Origin: Eledone cirrhosa
Lineage: Eukaryota
Direction: 5' to 3'
Length of the DNA stretch: 64,000 nt
Assembly: GCA_964016885.1 (NCBI GenBank)
Contig: OZ024757.1
Location: 9,610,001 to 9,674,000 of the forward strand
Below are positions 52,078-64,000 of this stretch, one piece after another. A program made the translations under genes and the position numbers. Under the pieces are notes generated by a model. That model was not told the origin of the DNA and did not search any database. It saw only the letters and a list, made by a program, of their open reading frames with translations. Each line of letters starts with the position of its first letter. Position 1 is the stretch's first letter.

Positions 52078-55000
52078 TCAGGTGGCTCTCGAATGCTACT
52101 GGTAACATGTAACCCAGTACTACCTGTCTCATGGTCGGGTCGTCGGCGACTAAACCGGCAACCTCACCAAGCTTGCTTGGTGAGGAGGGTGATATTTGGA
52201 CACCCTGCAGGATGAAATACAAAGCTTGGCAAAGGGCGGAGGAACTCGGCAGAGTCAACGGCCATTAAATAGTACTTTTTTTAATTTTTTTATTTAGCTG
52301 GGAGTGAAGGGCCCCCTGTTGTTGTCACAACACCTATCTAGGAGAGGGAAACGCTGAAAAAAAAACCTGCGGCTTTGGAAGCATCCGATGATGTTGACCA
52401 GTTTTCCTTTTCGGGTAGTGTTTTCGATGCTCAGAGAGTGGGATTGGTCGCGTGCAAGGCCTTTCCCCACTTAAAAAAACTTTAAAGCACAGGCATCGCT
52501 TGTTCTGGATCTGTTACTGGTTCGTGTGGCTAGCCATAACCTAAAAGTGCACCAAACTCTATGATGACATGATAACCTTGAAGTCAATGGCAGTAAGGGC
52601 TCTGGAACTTATTGTGAATGGGTCTGGCCCGGCAGGTGTCCCATGGCACCGCAGAGTGGGTCCGGTCGTCATCCTACAACTGCAAGGAGGTTCAAACCTC
52701 TGAATATTAGATGTTGGAATGTAAGAACTTTACTGCATTCCCAGTCCAGTAAAACTCGCCCTAAAAGAAGATCTGCTTTGGTGTCGATGGAACTCGATCG
52801 CTTTAGCATGGACATCGTTGCTCTTTCAGAAACGAGATTGGCAGGTGAGGGTCAATTCACAGAAGGGTGGATATACCTTCTATTGGAGTGATGGAGCAGA
52901 GGGTTGTAGGAGAGAGGCAGGGGTCGCATTTGCAGTCAGGAATGGAATCGTCTCAAAGCTGGAAAATCTTTCTTGTGGATTCAATGATCGGATAATGTCC
53001 ATGAGAGTCCCTCTGATTCAAAACCGCTTTTTGACTCTGGTCAGTGTATACGCTCCTACTGTGTGTGCCAGTGATGATGAAAAACTAAGTTTCTACATGT
53101 CTTTGAGAGAGGTCATCCATGGTGTACCTTATGCAGACAAAATTGTCATCCTTGGCGATTTTAATGCACGTGTTGGTAATGACTGGGAAGCTTGGAGTGT
53201 GATGGGCAGGCATGGAGTAGGTAAGTGCAATAACAATGGCCTACTTCTGTTGCAGATATGCACTGAGATGGATCTTGTTGTTGGGAACACGCTCTTTCAG
53301 CAGAAAGACAAATATAAGACAACTTGGATGCATCCATGGTTCCAAGAAGTGGCACCTTATTGACTTTGTTTTAACGAGAAAACGTGATGTCAGGGATATC
53401 ACATTGGTTCGTGTATTGCGAGACACGGAATGTTGGACTGATCATCGTTTGGTGCGCGCCAAGTTTCAATTTGTTGTGAAGCCCAAAGTAAGGGGGAAGA
53501 AGGTTGCACTTCCAAAACAACTAAACATGGCTTGTCTGAAAACAGAGAAAGTCAGAGCTGAGCTGTCGAGGTCCCTTGAGTCCATGGAATGTAAAAACAC
53601 TTGGGAATCATTGAAGAAAACCGTCTATGATGTTATTGCTGGAGTTTGGGGTCATACCAACAGAAAGCATAAAGACTCGTTCGATGAAAATGATCCAGTA
53701 ATCCAGACCTTGCTTGAAGAGAAACAAAAAGTGCTGACATCATTGTTGAGTGAGACATGTTCTGACAGGAGTGACTAGACCTTCAGGCAGATCAAGGCAC
53801 ATGTGTAACATCGATTGAGAGCGATGCAGAATACCTGGTGGATCCAAGAGGCTGATGAAATCCTGAAGGCCTGAGATAGACATGATACAAAGCTCCTATA
53901 CAGTCTGCTCAGGGAGGTGTATGGTCCGACCGGTTCACAAATATCACCACTTCGCTCCTAGGACGGCAAGGAATTGCTCAGAGACCCGAAGGAAATCCTG
54001 ATCAGGTGGCATGACCACTTTGATGAGCTTCTCAACAGACCATCAGAAATTGATGATGAGTTCATCCGGTCGATTCCATCCAGACCTACAAAGCTGGCAA
54101 TGGCTGATCCTCCTTCATTTGATGAGGTGGCGAAGGCCATTGCCAAATTAAACAGCGACAAGTCACCTGGAATAGATGGACTGAGTGCTGAGATTTTCAA
54201 GTGTGCTGGTGATAACATCTTAAACCGCCTCACTGATCTCTTTGTGAATGTTTGGAATGAAGAAGATGTGCCACAAGATTGGAAAGATACACTGATGGTG
54301 GTACTTTACAAAGGAAAGGGAGCCAAAGATGACTGTGGCAACTACAGAGGTATTTCACTGCTATCTGTGGCTGGGAAGATCTTGTGCAGGATATTGTTGG
54401 ACAGATTGATACAGCACATTGCTGTTGAAGTATTTCCTGAGTCACAATATGGCTTTAGGAATTGGCAGAGGCACTGTTGACATTATCTTCTCGGCCAAGC
54501 AACTTCAAGAGAAATGCATTGAGCAGCGCATGAACTTATACCAAGTTTTTGTCGATCTGACCAAGGCATTTGACACCGTTAATCGGAAGGCTTTGTGGGT
54601 TAATTTACAGAGATTGGGCTGTCCTGAAAAGTTTGTGAACATTTTGAAACTCTTCCACGATGACATGCAGGCATGGGGGAATGTTGGAGGTAAACTGTCT
54701 GAGCCAATCTCGGTTGAGAATGGTGTCAAGTAGGGTGATATACCTGCACCAACTTTGTTTGCCTTGTATTTCGCGATGGTGTTCTTCATGGCCTTCAAGG
54801 ATTGTCAACATGGTATCTATCTCAGATATAGCACTTTCGGCAAGCTGTTTAACCTTAGGCGTCTCACTGCCAACACTAAGGTACTGAGTACCTTGATCAG
54901 AGAATTTTTATATGCAGATGATTGTGATCACTTTGCACACTCCCAGAGTGACTCTTAACACCTTATGGATTCTTTTTCCAATGCGTGCAGTGCTTTGGGA

Positions 55001-56040
55001 CTGACAATCAGTCTGAAGAAGACTGTCGTCATGTACCAACCTGCTCCGGATAAAGTTTTCAATAAACCCTCCATATACGTATACGATCAAAAGCTGAAGG
55101 CTGCTGACACATTTGTGTATTTGGGGAGTACTCTGAGTGTGACCTGCTCTCTGGATGCAGAAGTTGGTCTACGTGTTAGTAAGGCAAGTGAGTCATTTGG
55201 AGGGTCAACAACCGTCTTTGATGCAGGTGAGGAATCACAATGAGGACCAAGGTGAGAGTGTATGCTGCATGTGTACTGTCAGCTTTGCTGTATGAGTGTG
55301 AGACATGGGTTGCTTACAAACGGAATATCCACAGACTGGAACGGTTTAACCAGCAGTGTCTCAGAAAGATGCTCGGTATCAAGTGGCAGAAGCATGTGAG
55401 TGATGTTGAGGTCCTTGAGAGAAGGGAGTGTCTGAGCATTGAGAGTATCATCCACCAACGGCGTTTGCGATGGACCGGACACTTCTATAGAATGGAGGTT
55501 GATCGAATCCCAAAACAACTCTTGTATGGCGAGCTTCGTGAGGGTAAGAGACCACCTCACAAGCCAAGGCTTCGATTCAAGGATTGGTTAAAGGACTCAT
55601 TGAAAAAAACTGGTTTGATGATGGCTGACTGGGAGATAGAAACTCTTGAAAGAGAAACTTGGCGTGGAATGGTGAATGGTGGGGTCCATAATTTTGAAGA
55701 TCAAATGGGACGTGCGTAAGCAATGGCCTGGTGTATCTCTCGAAATTATCGGTCTCCATTGAGTTGAAGTGCCCTGAGTGTGGAAAAGTTTACTTGAGCA
55801 AATCTGGTCTCAGGAGCCACAGTCGCAGCCATGTTCAAAGAGAACCAGTGAAGTTTGATCTCCACGGTTTTGTGAGGGTTCACGGGCAACCTGATGCAGG
55901 ACCTCAAACCAGAGAGATCCATAGTTGTCAGTGTGTGAAGGAGTGCAAGTCTCTAGCAGGCTTGAAAAGCCATATCCGAGCGTCCCACATCTGAATCTGA
56001 CAAGAGATTGCAATACTCTTGGCAGAGTTTGTAGCCATCA
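52078..56040 (+). mobile_element. Full-length RTE (BovB-like) LINE, disrupted, with C-terminal C2H2-like fingers
   Basis: CWNVRTL, DIVALSETR, VYAPT, LGDFNARVG, WHLIDFV, TDHRLV (APE); NYRGISLL, PESQYGFR, FVDLTKAFDTVNR, YADD (RT); RRLRWTGH; multiple stops and frameshifts. Confidence 0.95.
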
Positions 56041-56113
56041 AATATATATAATATATACATATATATATACATGCACACACATATATATATATACTTATAT
56101 TATATACATATAT

Positions 56114-56181
<68 letters not shown>

Positions 56182-56223
56182 TAAAATGGTGAGCTGTGTG
56201 GTTGCATTTTCATTATATATGTA

Positions 56224-56710
56224 TCTATATATATAAAACTGAGGATGTCTGTCTGTCTGTGTGTGTGTCTGTGAGTTTGAATCCCTAAAACTTGAGAAGT
56301 ACCCAACCGATTTTTTTCAAACTTTACATGTGTATTACTTATGTTTCAGGGAGTGTTATGCACATGAATTCAACTTTTTGATCCCCTATGCCCGCATTAG
56401 GTGAAAAACTGCGTTTTTTCAGCTTATTAGGGATTGAGGCGTTACGTCAGACCGATTTCCCTGAAATTGTAACTATGTATTAGTCAGTCTCTTCTTCATA
56501 CCGTGAGCAAAGAAAATCCAACTTGTTTATGGCCTAGGGCCTGCATTAAGTGAAAAACATCATTTTTTTCAGCTTTTTAGGGGATTTTTGAGGCGTTATG
56601 TCTAGCCGATTTTCCCAAAATTTCAAGGTATATTATGCACATAAAAAAAATTCACTTTCTTGATCCCCTAGGGCCCGCATTAGGTGAAAATGCATTTTTC
56701 ATGCTTTAAG
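56224..56710 (+). mobile_element. Non-autonomous Helitron-like 5' end
   Basis: a|TCtatatatataaaactgaggatgtctgtctgtctgtg start and three internal gcatta(g/a)gtgaaaa repeats; 3' CTAG end not seen. Confidence 0.5.
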
Positions 56711-56819
56711 ACAATCTTAAAGATTATCCAGCCATCAGAGTATTCGGTTTATTTTCTTTACATATTTCTTTACATATTGTCATATTTTCTTTACATATTG
56801 TCCAGGCATGCACTTTTTC

Positions 56820-57142
56820 CATTTAATAATGGCACTGGGTTCAGCATTATATACATTGTCAATTGTGAATATACATAATATCGTTAAGTTGCATATTTAT
56901 ACAAATAATAATTGTTTCTACTTTTGGCACAAGGCCAGCAATTACCCAGTACATTACTGGTATTTTATTTTATCGACTTACGGGGTCGATAAAATAAAGT
57001 ACCAGTATTGTACTGGGTAATTGCTGGCCTTGTGCCAAAAGTAGAAACAATTATTATTTGTATAAATATGCAACTTAACGATATTATGTATATCCACAAT
57101 TGACAATGTATATAATGCTGAACCCAGTGCCATTATTAAATG
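56820..57142. repeat. Near-perfect 323-bp palindrome
   Basis: Arms 56820-56977 and 56985-57142, loop ttacggg. Confidence 0.95.
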
Positions 57143-57209
57143 TGGAAATATCCACTTTATAAATAAATTAATGTTTTGAAATTACACTGAAATTTATACA
57201 AATAATAAT

Positions 57210-58599
57210 AATTGTTTCTAGTTTTGGCACAAGGCCAGCAATTACCCCAGTACTTTATTTTATCGACCCCGTAAGGCCAGGAATTACCCCAGTACTTTAT
57301 TTTATCGACCCCGTAAGGCCAGGAATTACCCCAGTACATTATTTTATCGACCCCGTAAGGCCAGGAATTACCCCAGTACATTATTTTATCGACCCCGTAA
57401 GGCCAGGAATTACCCCAGTACTTTATTTTATCGACCCCGTAAGGCCAGCAATTACCCCAGTACATTATTTTATCGAGCCCTTAAGGCCAGCGATTACCCC
57501 AGTACATTATTTTATCGACCCCGTAAGGCCAGCAATTACCCCAGTACATTATTTTATCGAGCCCTTAAGGCCAGCAATTACCCCAGTACATTATTTTATC
57601 GACCCCGTAAGGCCAGGAATTACCCCAGTACTTTATTTTATCGACCCCGTAAGGCCAGGAATTACCCCAGTACATTATTTTATCGACCCGGTAAGGCCAG
57701 GAATTACCCCAGTACATTATTTTATCGACCCCGTAAGGCCAGGAATTACCCCAGTACTTTATTTTATCGACCCCGTAAGGCCAGGAATTACCCCAGTACA
57801 TTATTTTATCGACCCCGTAAGGCCAGGAATTACCCCAGTACATTATTTTATCGACCCCGTAAGGCCAGGAATTACCCCAGTACTTTATTTTATCGACCTC
57901 GTATGGCAAGCAATTACCCCAGTACTTTATTTTATCGACCCCGTATGGCCAGCAATTACCCCAGTACTTTATTTTATCGACCCCGTAAGGCCAGGAATTA
58001 CCCCAGTACATTATTTTATCGACCCCGTATGGCCAGCAATTACCCCAGTACATTATTTTATCGAGCCCTTAAGGCCAGGAATTACTCCAGTACATTATTT
58101 TATCGACCCCGTAAGGCCAGGAATTACCCCAGTACATTATTTTATCGACCCCGTAAGGCCAGGAATTACCCCAGTACATTATTTTATCGACCCCGTATGG
58201 CCAGCAATTACCCCAGTACATTATTTTATCGAGCCCTTAAGGCCAGGAATTACCCCAGTACTTTATTTTATCGACCCCGTAAGGCCAGGAATTACCCTAG
58301 TACATTATTTTATCGACCCCGTAAGGCCAGGAATTACCCGAGTACATTATTTTATCGACCCCGTAAGGCCAGCAATTACCCCAGTACTTTATTTTATCGA
58401 CCCCGTAAGTCCAGCAATTACCCCAGTACATTATTTTATCGACCCCGTAAGGCCAGCAATTACCCCAGTACTTTATTTTATCGACCCCGAAAGGATGAAA
58501 GAAAAGTTAACCTCAACGGGATTTGAACTCAGTCTGTAAAGGGAGGTAACTGCTGGAAAGCATGGCGTCGGACCCTCTACCGATACTGCCAATCCACCC
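57210..58599 (-). mobile_element. SINE (family 1) expanded by an internal satellite
   Basis: Head at 58490-58599 and tail at 57210-57240 are the reverse complement of 5820-6008. Confidence 0.85.
57230..58489. repeat. 42-bp satellite, ~30 copies, inside a SINE
   Basis: Unit taaggccaggaattaccccagtacattattttatcgaccccg. Confidence 0.97.
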
Positions 58600-58709
58600 A
58601 ATACAGAGGGGAAGAAAAATTAATTTTCACATAAATATTGAGAGAGGAGAATTGAGTTGTCTGTCTTGTCTGTTGTTGCCTCTGTTAATTCTTTGGTTTT
58701 GACTGGTGT

Positions 58710-58910
58710 TGGGGGAGAGGAGTAGAAGGAGGGGTGAATGAGGGGGGAGGGAGCATAAGGAGGGAGGGAGTAGAAGAAGGAGGAGGGTGATGGAGGGGGA
58801 GAGGAGTAGAATGAGGGGGTAGAAGGAGGAGGGAAGGAGTAGAAGAAGGAGGGGGGGGGGGGGTGAAGGAGGAGTGGGAGAGGAGTAGAAGAAGGAGGAG
58901 GCAGGGGATA
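58710..58910. repeat. Polypurine (GGA/GAG-rich) low-complexity tract
   Basis: Almost only G/A on the + strand. Confidence 0.85.
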
Positions 58911-59099
58911 GGTGTGGTTGCAGACTGTTGTGAAAGTCCCTTTCAAGAATTGCTACAAGGGCTGGGATTGGTTTGAAAGGTTGGATGACCTTAGAGTTCA
59001 CCAGGGTGGGGGGTTCTAAAAGTATCTATCTTGGTATTTTATCTTAGAAGTAATCATTACAGAGTGTACTGGGTGTATTTTAGTGGGCAGTAATTCCAT

Positions 59100-59930
59100 A
59101 AAGAACACAGTATAATCTGTGGACACAAGCCTTGCAGTGTGATTACAGGCAGGTTAATGGGAAAGATAGATTATATATGTGACATGATGTACATGAGAAG
59201 TGAGGACACAGACCACACATGAAATAGATTCCTACAACTGTCAGGGAGGCTCCCTAGAATTACAGATGACATATTTCAATATCTCGGTGATCAAGTTAGC
59301 AGTGGAGGAAGAATCTCTAAAAGTGTAATACCCAGGATAAGGACAGGCTGGAAGAAGTTTAGAGTACTGTTCCATCTGTTGACAACAAAGGGCTTTTCTC
59401 TCAGAATGGAGGCTAGACTGCTTGATACTTATGTGTGGTCTGCAATCTACACCCCTGCCATGCCCCTTCCACTACCACTCCTTAGCTATTTCTCTCCATT
59501 AATACTCCTCACATTTCAAGCAGTTTTCTCATCTCAATGAAAGAAAAATATTGGGCTCAAGAGAAGTCTTCAGTTATGCCATGGTGTGGCAACCTCCCTA
59601 GGGTTGGGCAAAGTGTAAATGAGAGTGAAATTAGGTATGAGAGGGATCAGATGCAGTATACAAGAGAGTAGATTACATTGGTATGGTCATGTGATGGGTA
59701 TAAAGGATGACAGCTGTATAAAAATGTGCTGGGCAATCAAAGTTGATGGAAGTTATGAAGGCGGAAGACCCAGGAAGACCTGGGATGAGGTGATAAAAGA
59801 TGACTTTGCACAATTGCAACTCTCAAAGACAATGACACAGGATAGAGATCTTCAGATTTATGCAGCAATACAGAAGGCCTGCTTTCCAACGTGCACGGAC
59901 TCAAACATACATCTAGTAGGCCCCTCGTAA
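59100..59930 (+). mobile_element. Old RTE LINE 3' portion
   Basis: RLHWYGHVM..GRPRKTWDEVIK, with decayed upstream motifs. Confidence 0.85.
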
Positions 59931-59979
59931 CCACTATACTCCTTTCCAAACTCCCACACTCCCACTTCTATACACACCA

Positions 59980-62900
59980 CCTTTAGACTGTAAAGTGGTA
60001 GTGTACAAGTCACAACAAATGCACCCAGTCCACTCTGTAAAGTTGATGTGTTGGTGTCACAACAAAAGGTACTCAGTCCACTCTGTAAAGTGGTTGTGTA
60101 AGTGTCACAACAAAGACATCCAGTCCACACTGTAAAGTGGTCATGTAGGTGTCACAACAAAAAGTACCAGTCATTATTGTAAAGTGGTTGTATAGGTGTC
60201 ATAACAAAAAGCACCGAGTCCACTCTGTTAAGTGGTCATGTAGGTGTCATGACGGGGAGTAACCAGTCCACACTGTAAAGTAGTCATGTAGGTGTCACAA
60301 CAAAAAGTACCCAGTCCACACTGTAAAGTGGTGGTGTAGGTGTCATGACAAAAAGCACTCAGTCTACATTGTAATGTGGTTGTGTAGGTGTCACAACAAA
60401 AAGGACCCAGTCCACTCTGTTAAGTGGATGTGTAGGTCTCATGACAAAAAGCACACAGTTCACACTGTAAAGTGGTCATGTAGGTGTCATGACGGAGAGT
60501 AACCAATCCACAATGTAAAGTAGTCATGTAGGTGTCACAACAAAAAGTACCCAGTCCACACTGTAAAGTAGTTGTATAGGTGTCATGACAAAAAGCACTC
60601 AGTCTACATTCTAATGTGGTTGTGTAGGTGTCACAACAAAAAGGACCCAGTCCACACTGTAAAGTGGTCATATAGGTGTCATGACAAAAGAACCCAGTCT
60701 ACACAGTAAAGTGGTCATGTAGGTGACATGACAAAAAGCACCCAGTCCACACTGTAAAGTGGTCATGTAGGTGTCATGACAAAAAGAACCCAGTCTACAT
60801 TGTAATGTGATTGTGTAGGTGTCATGCAAAAAGCACCCAGCCCACACTGTAAAGTGGTCAAGTAGGTGTCACAAAAAAAAGACCCAGTCTACTCTGTAAA
60901 GTGGTCATGTAGGTGTCATGACAAATAGCACCCAGTCCACTCCCTAAAGTGTTTGTGTAGGTGTCACAACAAAAAGGACCTAGTCCACTCTGTAAAGTGG
61001 AAGTGTAGGTGTCACAACAAAAATACCCATTCTACACTGTAAAGTGGATGAGTAGGTTTCGCAACAAAAAGCACCCAGTCCATTCTGTAAAATGGTTGTG
61101 TTGGTATCATGTCAAAAGGCACCCAGTCCACTCTGTAAAGTAGTTGCGTTGGTGACACAACAAAAAGAACCTAGTCCACTCTGTAAAGTTGATATTTTGG
61201 TGTCATGACAAAAAGCACCCAGTCATTATTGCAAAGTGGTTGTGTTGGTGTCACAACAAAAAGCACCCAGTCCACACTGTAAAGTGGTTGTGTAGGTGTC
61301 ACAACAAAAAGCACCCAGTCCACTTTGTAAAATGGTCATGTAGGTGTCATGACAAAAAGCACCCAGTCTACACTGTAAATGAGGTTATCATTAGGAATGA
61401 CATCCAGCTGTAGAATAAGCTAAAATCAGTTTTGTACGAACAAGACATGGTCACCTGACTTGCCCACAACAAGACAACAAGTCTAACCCATGCTAGTGTG
61501 GAATAATGGATGTAAACCAGTGATGATGATCTACTCATCTGTCATATATATTGACATGATGATTTTGTCATGGAATTACAATAAACACATGTATGGTTGT
61601 GGAATACTCAGCCATAAACATATTATTTGTCGTGTGTTAGTATATGTGTGTGAGTGTAAGTTACTCTGTGCGTGTGTGTGTGTGGTAGAATGAATGTCAT
61701 AAGTCACAACAAAAGCACCCAGTGCACACTGTAAAGTGGGTGAGTAGGTTTCGCAACAAAAAGCACCCAGTCCATTCTGTAAAATGGTTGTGTTGGTATC
61801 ATGTCAAAAGGCACCCAATCCACTCTGTAAAGTGGTTGCGTTGGTGTCACAACAAAAAAACCCAGTCCACTCTGTAAAGTTGATGTGCTGGTGTCATGAC
61901 AAAAAGCACCCAGTCATTATTGCAAAGTGGTTGTGTAGGTGTCACAACAAAAAGCACCCAGTCCACACTGTAAAGTGGTCATGTAGATGTCATGACAAAA
62001 AGCACCCAGTCCACACTGTAAATGAGGTTGGCATTAGGAAGGACATCCAGCTGTAGAATAAGCTAAAATCAGTTTTGTACGAACAAGACATGGTCACCTG
62101 ACTTGCCCACAACAAGACAACAAGTCTAACCCATGCTAGTGTGGAATAATGGATGTAAACCAGTGATGATGATCTACTCTGTCATATATATATTGACATG
62201 ATGATTCTGTCATGGAATTACAATAAACACATGCCTGGTTGTGGAATACTCAGCCATAAACATATTATTTGTGGTGTGTTAGTATATGTGTGTGAGTGTA
62301 AGTTAGTCTGTGTGGGTGTGTGGTAGAATGAATGTACATACGTGCTGTGTGTCTTCTCTAATATATCAATATGAAGAGAACACTTGACCTTACCTAATCA
62401 ATGTTTTGTTCAAAGTCAAGATACAGTTTTGTTTCACAATAAACAACTTTGATAACATTCTATTTAAGTTTTTATCTATATCAATCTGTCATCATCGTCA
62501 TCAACAACTTTTAACATACTAGCTGGAGCTTAACTGTCCCAAAAAGCAACCAGTCCACACAGTAAATTGGTCATGTAGGTGTCATGACAAAAGCACCCAG
62601 TCCACACTGTGAAGTGGTCATGTAGGTGTCACTAGAAAAATACCCAGTCCACACTGTAAAGTGGTTGTGTAGGTGTCACTACAAAAAGCACCCAGTCCAC
62701 CCTGTGAAGTGGTCATGTAGGTGTCACAACAAAAATACCCAGTCCACACTCTAAAGTGGTTGTGTAGGTGACATGACAAAAAGCACTCAGTCTACATTGT
62801 AATGTGGTTGTGTAGGTGTCACAACAAAAAGGACCCAGTCCACTCTGTTAAGTGGATGTGTAGGTCTCATGACAAAAAGCACACAGTTCACACTGTAAAG

Positions 62901-63570
62901 TGGTCATGTATGTGTCATGACGGAGAGTAACCAGTCCACACTGTAAAGTAGTCATGTAGGTGTCACAACAAAAAGTACCCAGTCCACACTGTAAAGTGGT
63001 TGTGTAGGTGTCATGACGAAAAGCACTCAGTCTACATTCTAATGTGGTTGTGTAGGTGTCACAACAAAAAGGACCCAGTCCACTCTGTTAAGTGGATGTG
63101 TAGGTGTCATGACAAAAAGCACACAGTTCACAATGTAAAGTGGTCATGTAGGTGTCATGACGGAGAGTAACCAGTCCACACTGTAAAGTAGTCATGTAGG
63201 TGTCACAACAAAAAGCACCCAGTCCACACTGTAAAGTGGTTGTGTAGGTGTCATGACAAAAAGAACCCAGTCTACATTGTAATGTGATTGTGTAGGTGTC
63301 ATGACAAAAAGGACCTAGTCCACTCTGTAAAGTGGAAGTGTAGGTGTCATAACAAAAAGCACTCAGTCCACACTGTAAAGTGGTCATGTAGGTGTCATGA
63401 CGGAGAGTAACCAGTCCACACTGTAAAGTAGTCATGTAGGTGTCACAACAAAAAGCACCCAGTCCACACTGTAAAGTGGTTGTGTAGGTGTCATGACAAA
63501 AAGAACCCAGTCTACATTGTAATGTGATTGTGTAGGTGTCATGACAAAAAGCACTCAGTCTACACTGTAA
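59980..63570 (+). repeat. 48-bp satellite from the RTE 3' UTR, in three blocks, with a 240-bp higher-order repeat
   Basis: Unit aaaaagcacccagtccacactgtaaagtggtcatgtaggtgtcatgac; blocks at ~59980-61380, 61700-62022 and 62540-63570. Confidence 0.93.
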
Positions 63571-63928
63571 CAATACAAGGACTTTGCTTCTCCTTTTTAT
63601 TTTTATTTTTCTGCACACATACTTTTTTATTATATACAAAAAATACCTTACCACTACAACCACCATAATACTCTTACTTACCCGCTTAAAATGCTTGTAT
63701 TACACCCTGTCACACAATAATCATATATAAATGGGACACTCTTGCATGCCCCCACGTGTAACTAATGCATACACTAACTACTACATCTGACTAACAAACT
63801 ATCCTCTTGCATTATCTGTGTTAACTGCCGTATGTATTTTAATTTTGTTTTAATTTTAATTTTGATTTGATTTTGAATTTGAATTGCTATACAGAAATAA
63901 TATAGTATAATATATGTCACTCCACTGT

Positions 63929-64000
63929 CAAGCATGTTCTACAACGTGAGGACCAAAAACGTGAGGTGTTCAGGATTGCTAGGCAATGTGTCAAGGAAAA
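63929..64000 (+). mobile_element. Start of another RTE fragment (runs off the window)
   Basis: Nearly identical to 48816-48890. Confidence 0.85.

Noticed and set aside
51328-52258. ORFs of 197-244 aa on both strands
   Set aside because: They come from a TA/TG microsatellite.
57157-58526. Repetitive YWGNSWPYGVDK and NYPSTLFYRPRK ORFs (superficially reflectin-like composition)
   Set aside because: The 42-bp unit is SINE-derived, and no reflectin M/FD(X)5MD motif is present.
58620-59001. Pro/Ser-rich extensin-like ORFs
   Set aside because: They come from a low-complexity polypurine tract.
63088-63666. Cys-periodic 192-aa ORF
   Set aside because: It is the antisense reading of the 48-bp LINE-tail satellite.
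63681-63887. Splice-bounded minus-strand segment with a few Cys (GACKSVPFIYDYCVTGC)
   Set aside because: The frames I read contain stops and the similarity is too weak to call an exon.

Overview
Eukaryotic, AT-rich and repeat-dense genomic DNA. The tandem [16 protein letters not shown] zinc-finger genes, RTE-clade LINEs with (ATG)n tails and tRNA-derived SINEs look like coleoid cephalopod (Octopus) sequence; this is inferred from the sequence style and not verified. Host genes are all on the minus strand: a ~21-finger C2H2 gene broken by a nonsense codon and a frameshift (2947-4802), a 9-finger C2H2 gene (31593-32486), and two exons absent from the ORF track that splice into an intact death domain (24146-24217 + 21523-21728). 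Possible decayed vWF/mucin-like exons lie at ~24.8-25.8 kb. Most of the rest is mobile DNA: more than 15 RTE LINE remnants (two nearly full length), CR1-like LINEs, a Ty3/gypsy integrase remnant, a 2-kb non-autonomous LTR element, Helitron pieces, MITEs and SINEs. There are about a dozen tandem arrays, several traceable to the TE fragment they sit in. Two arrays of one 72-bp satellite face each other around the second ZNF gene, and there is a near-perfect 323-bp palindrome. No prokaryote-type systems were seen. Boundaries of decayed elements are approximate.
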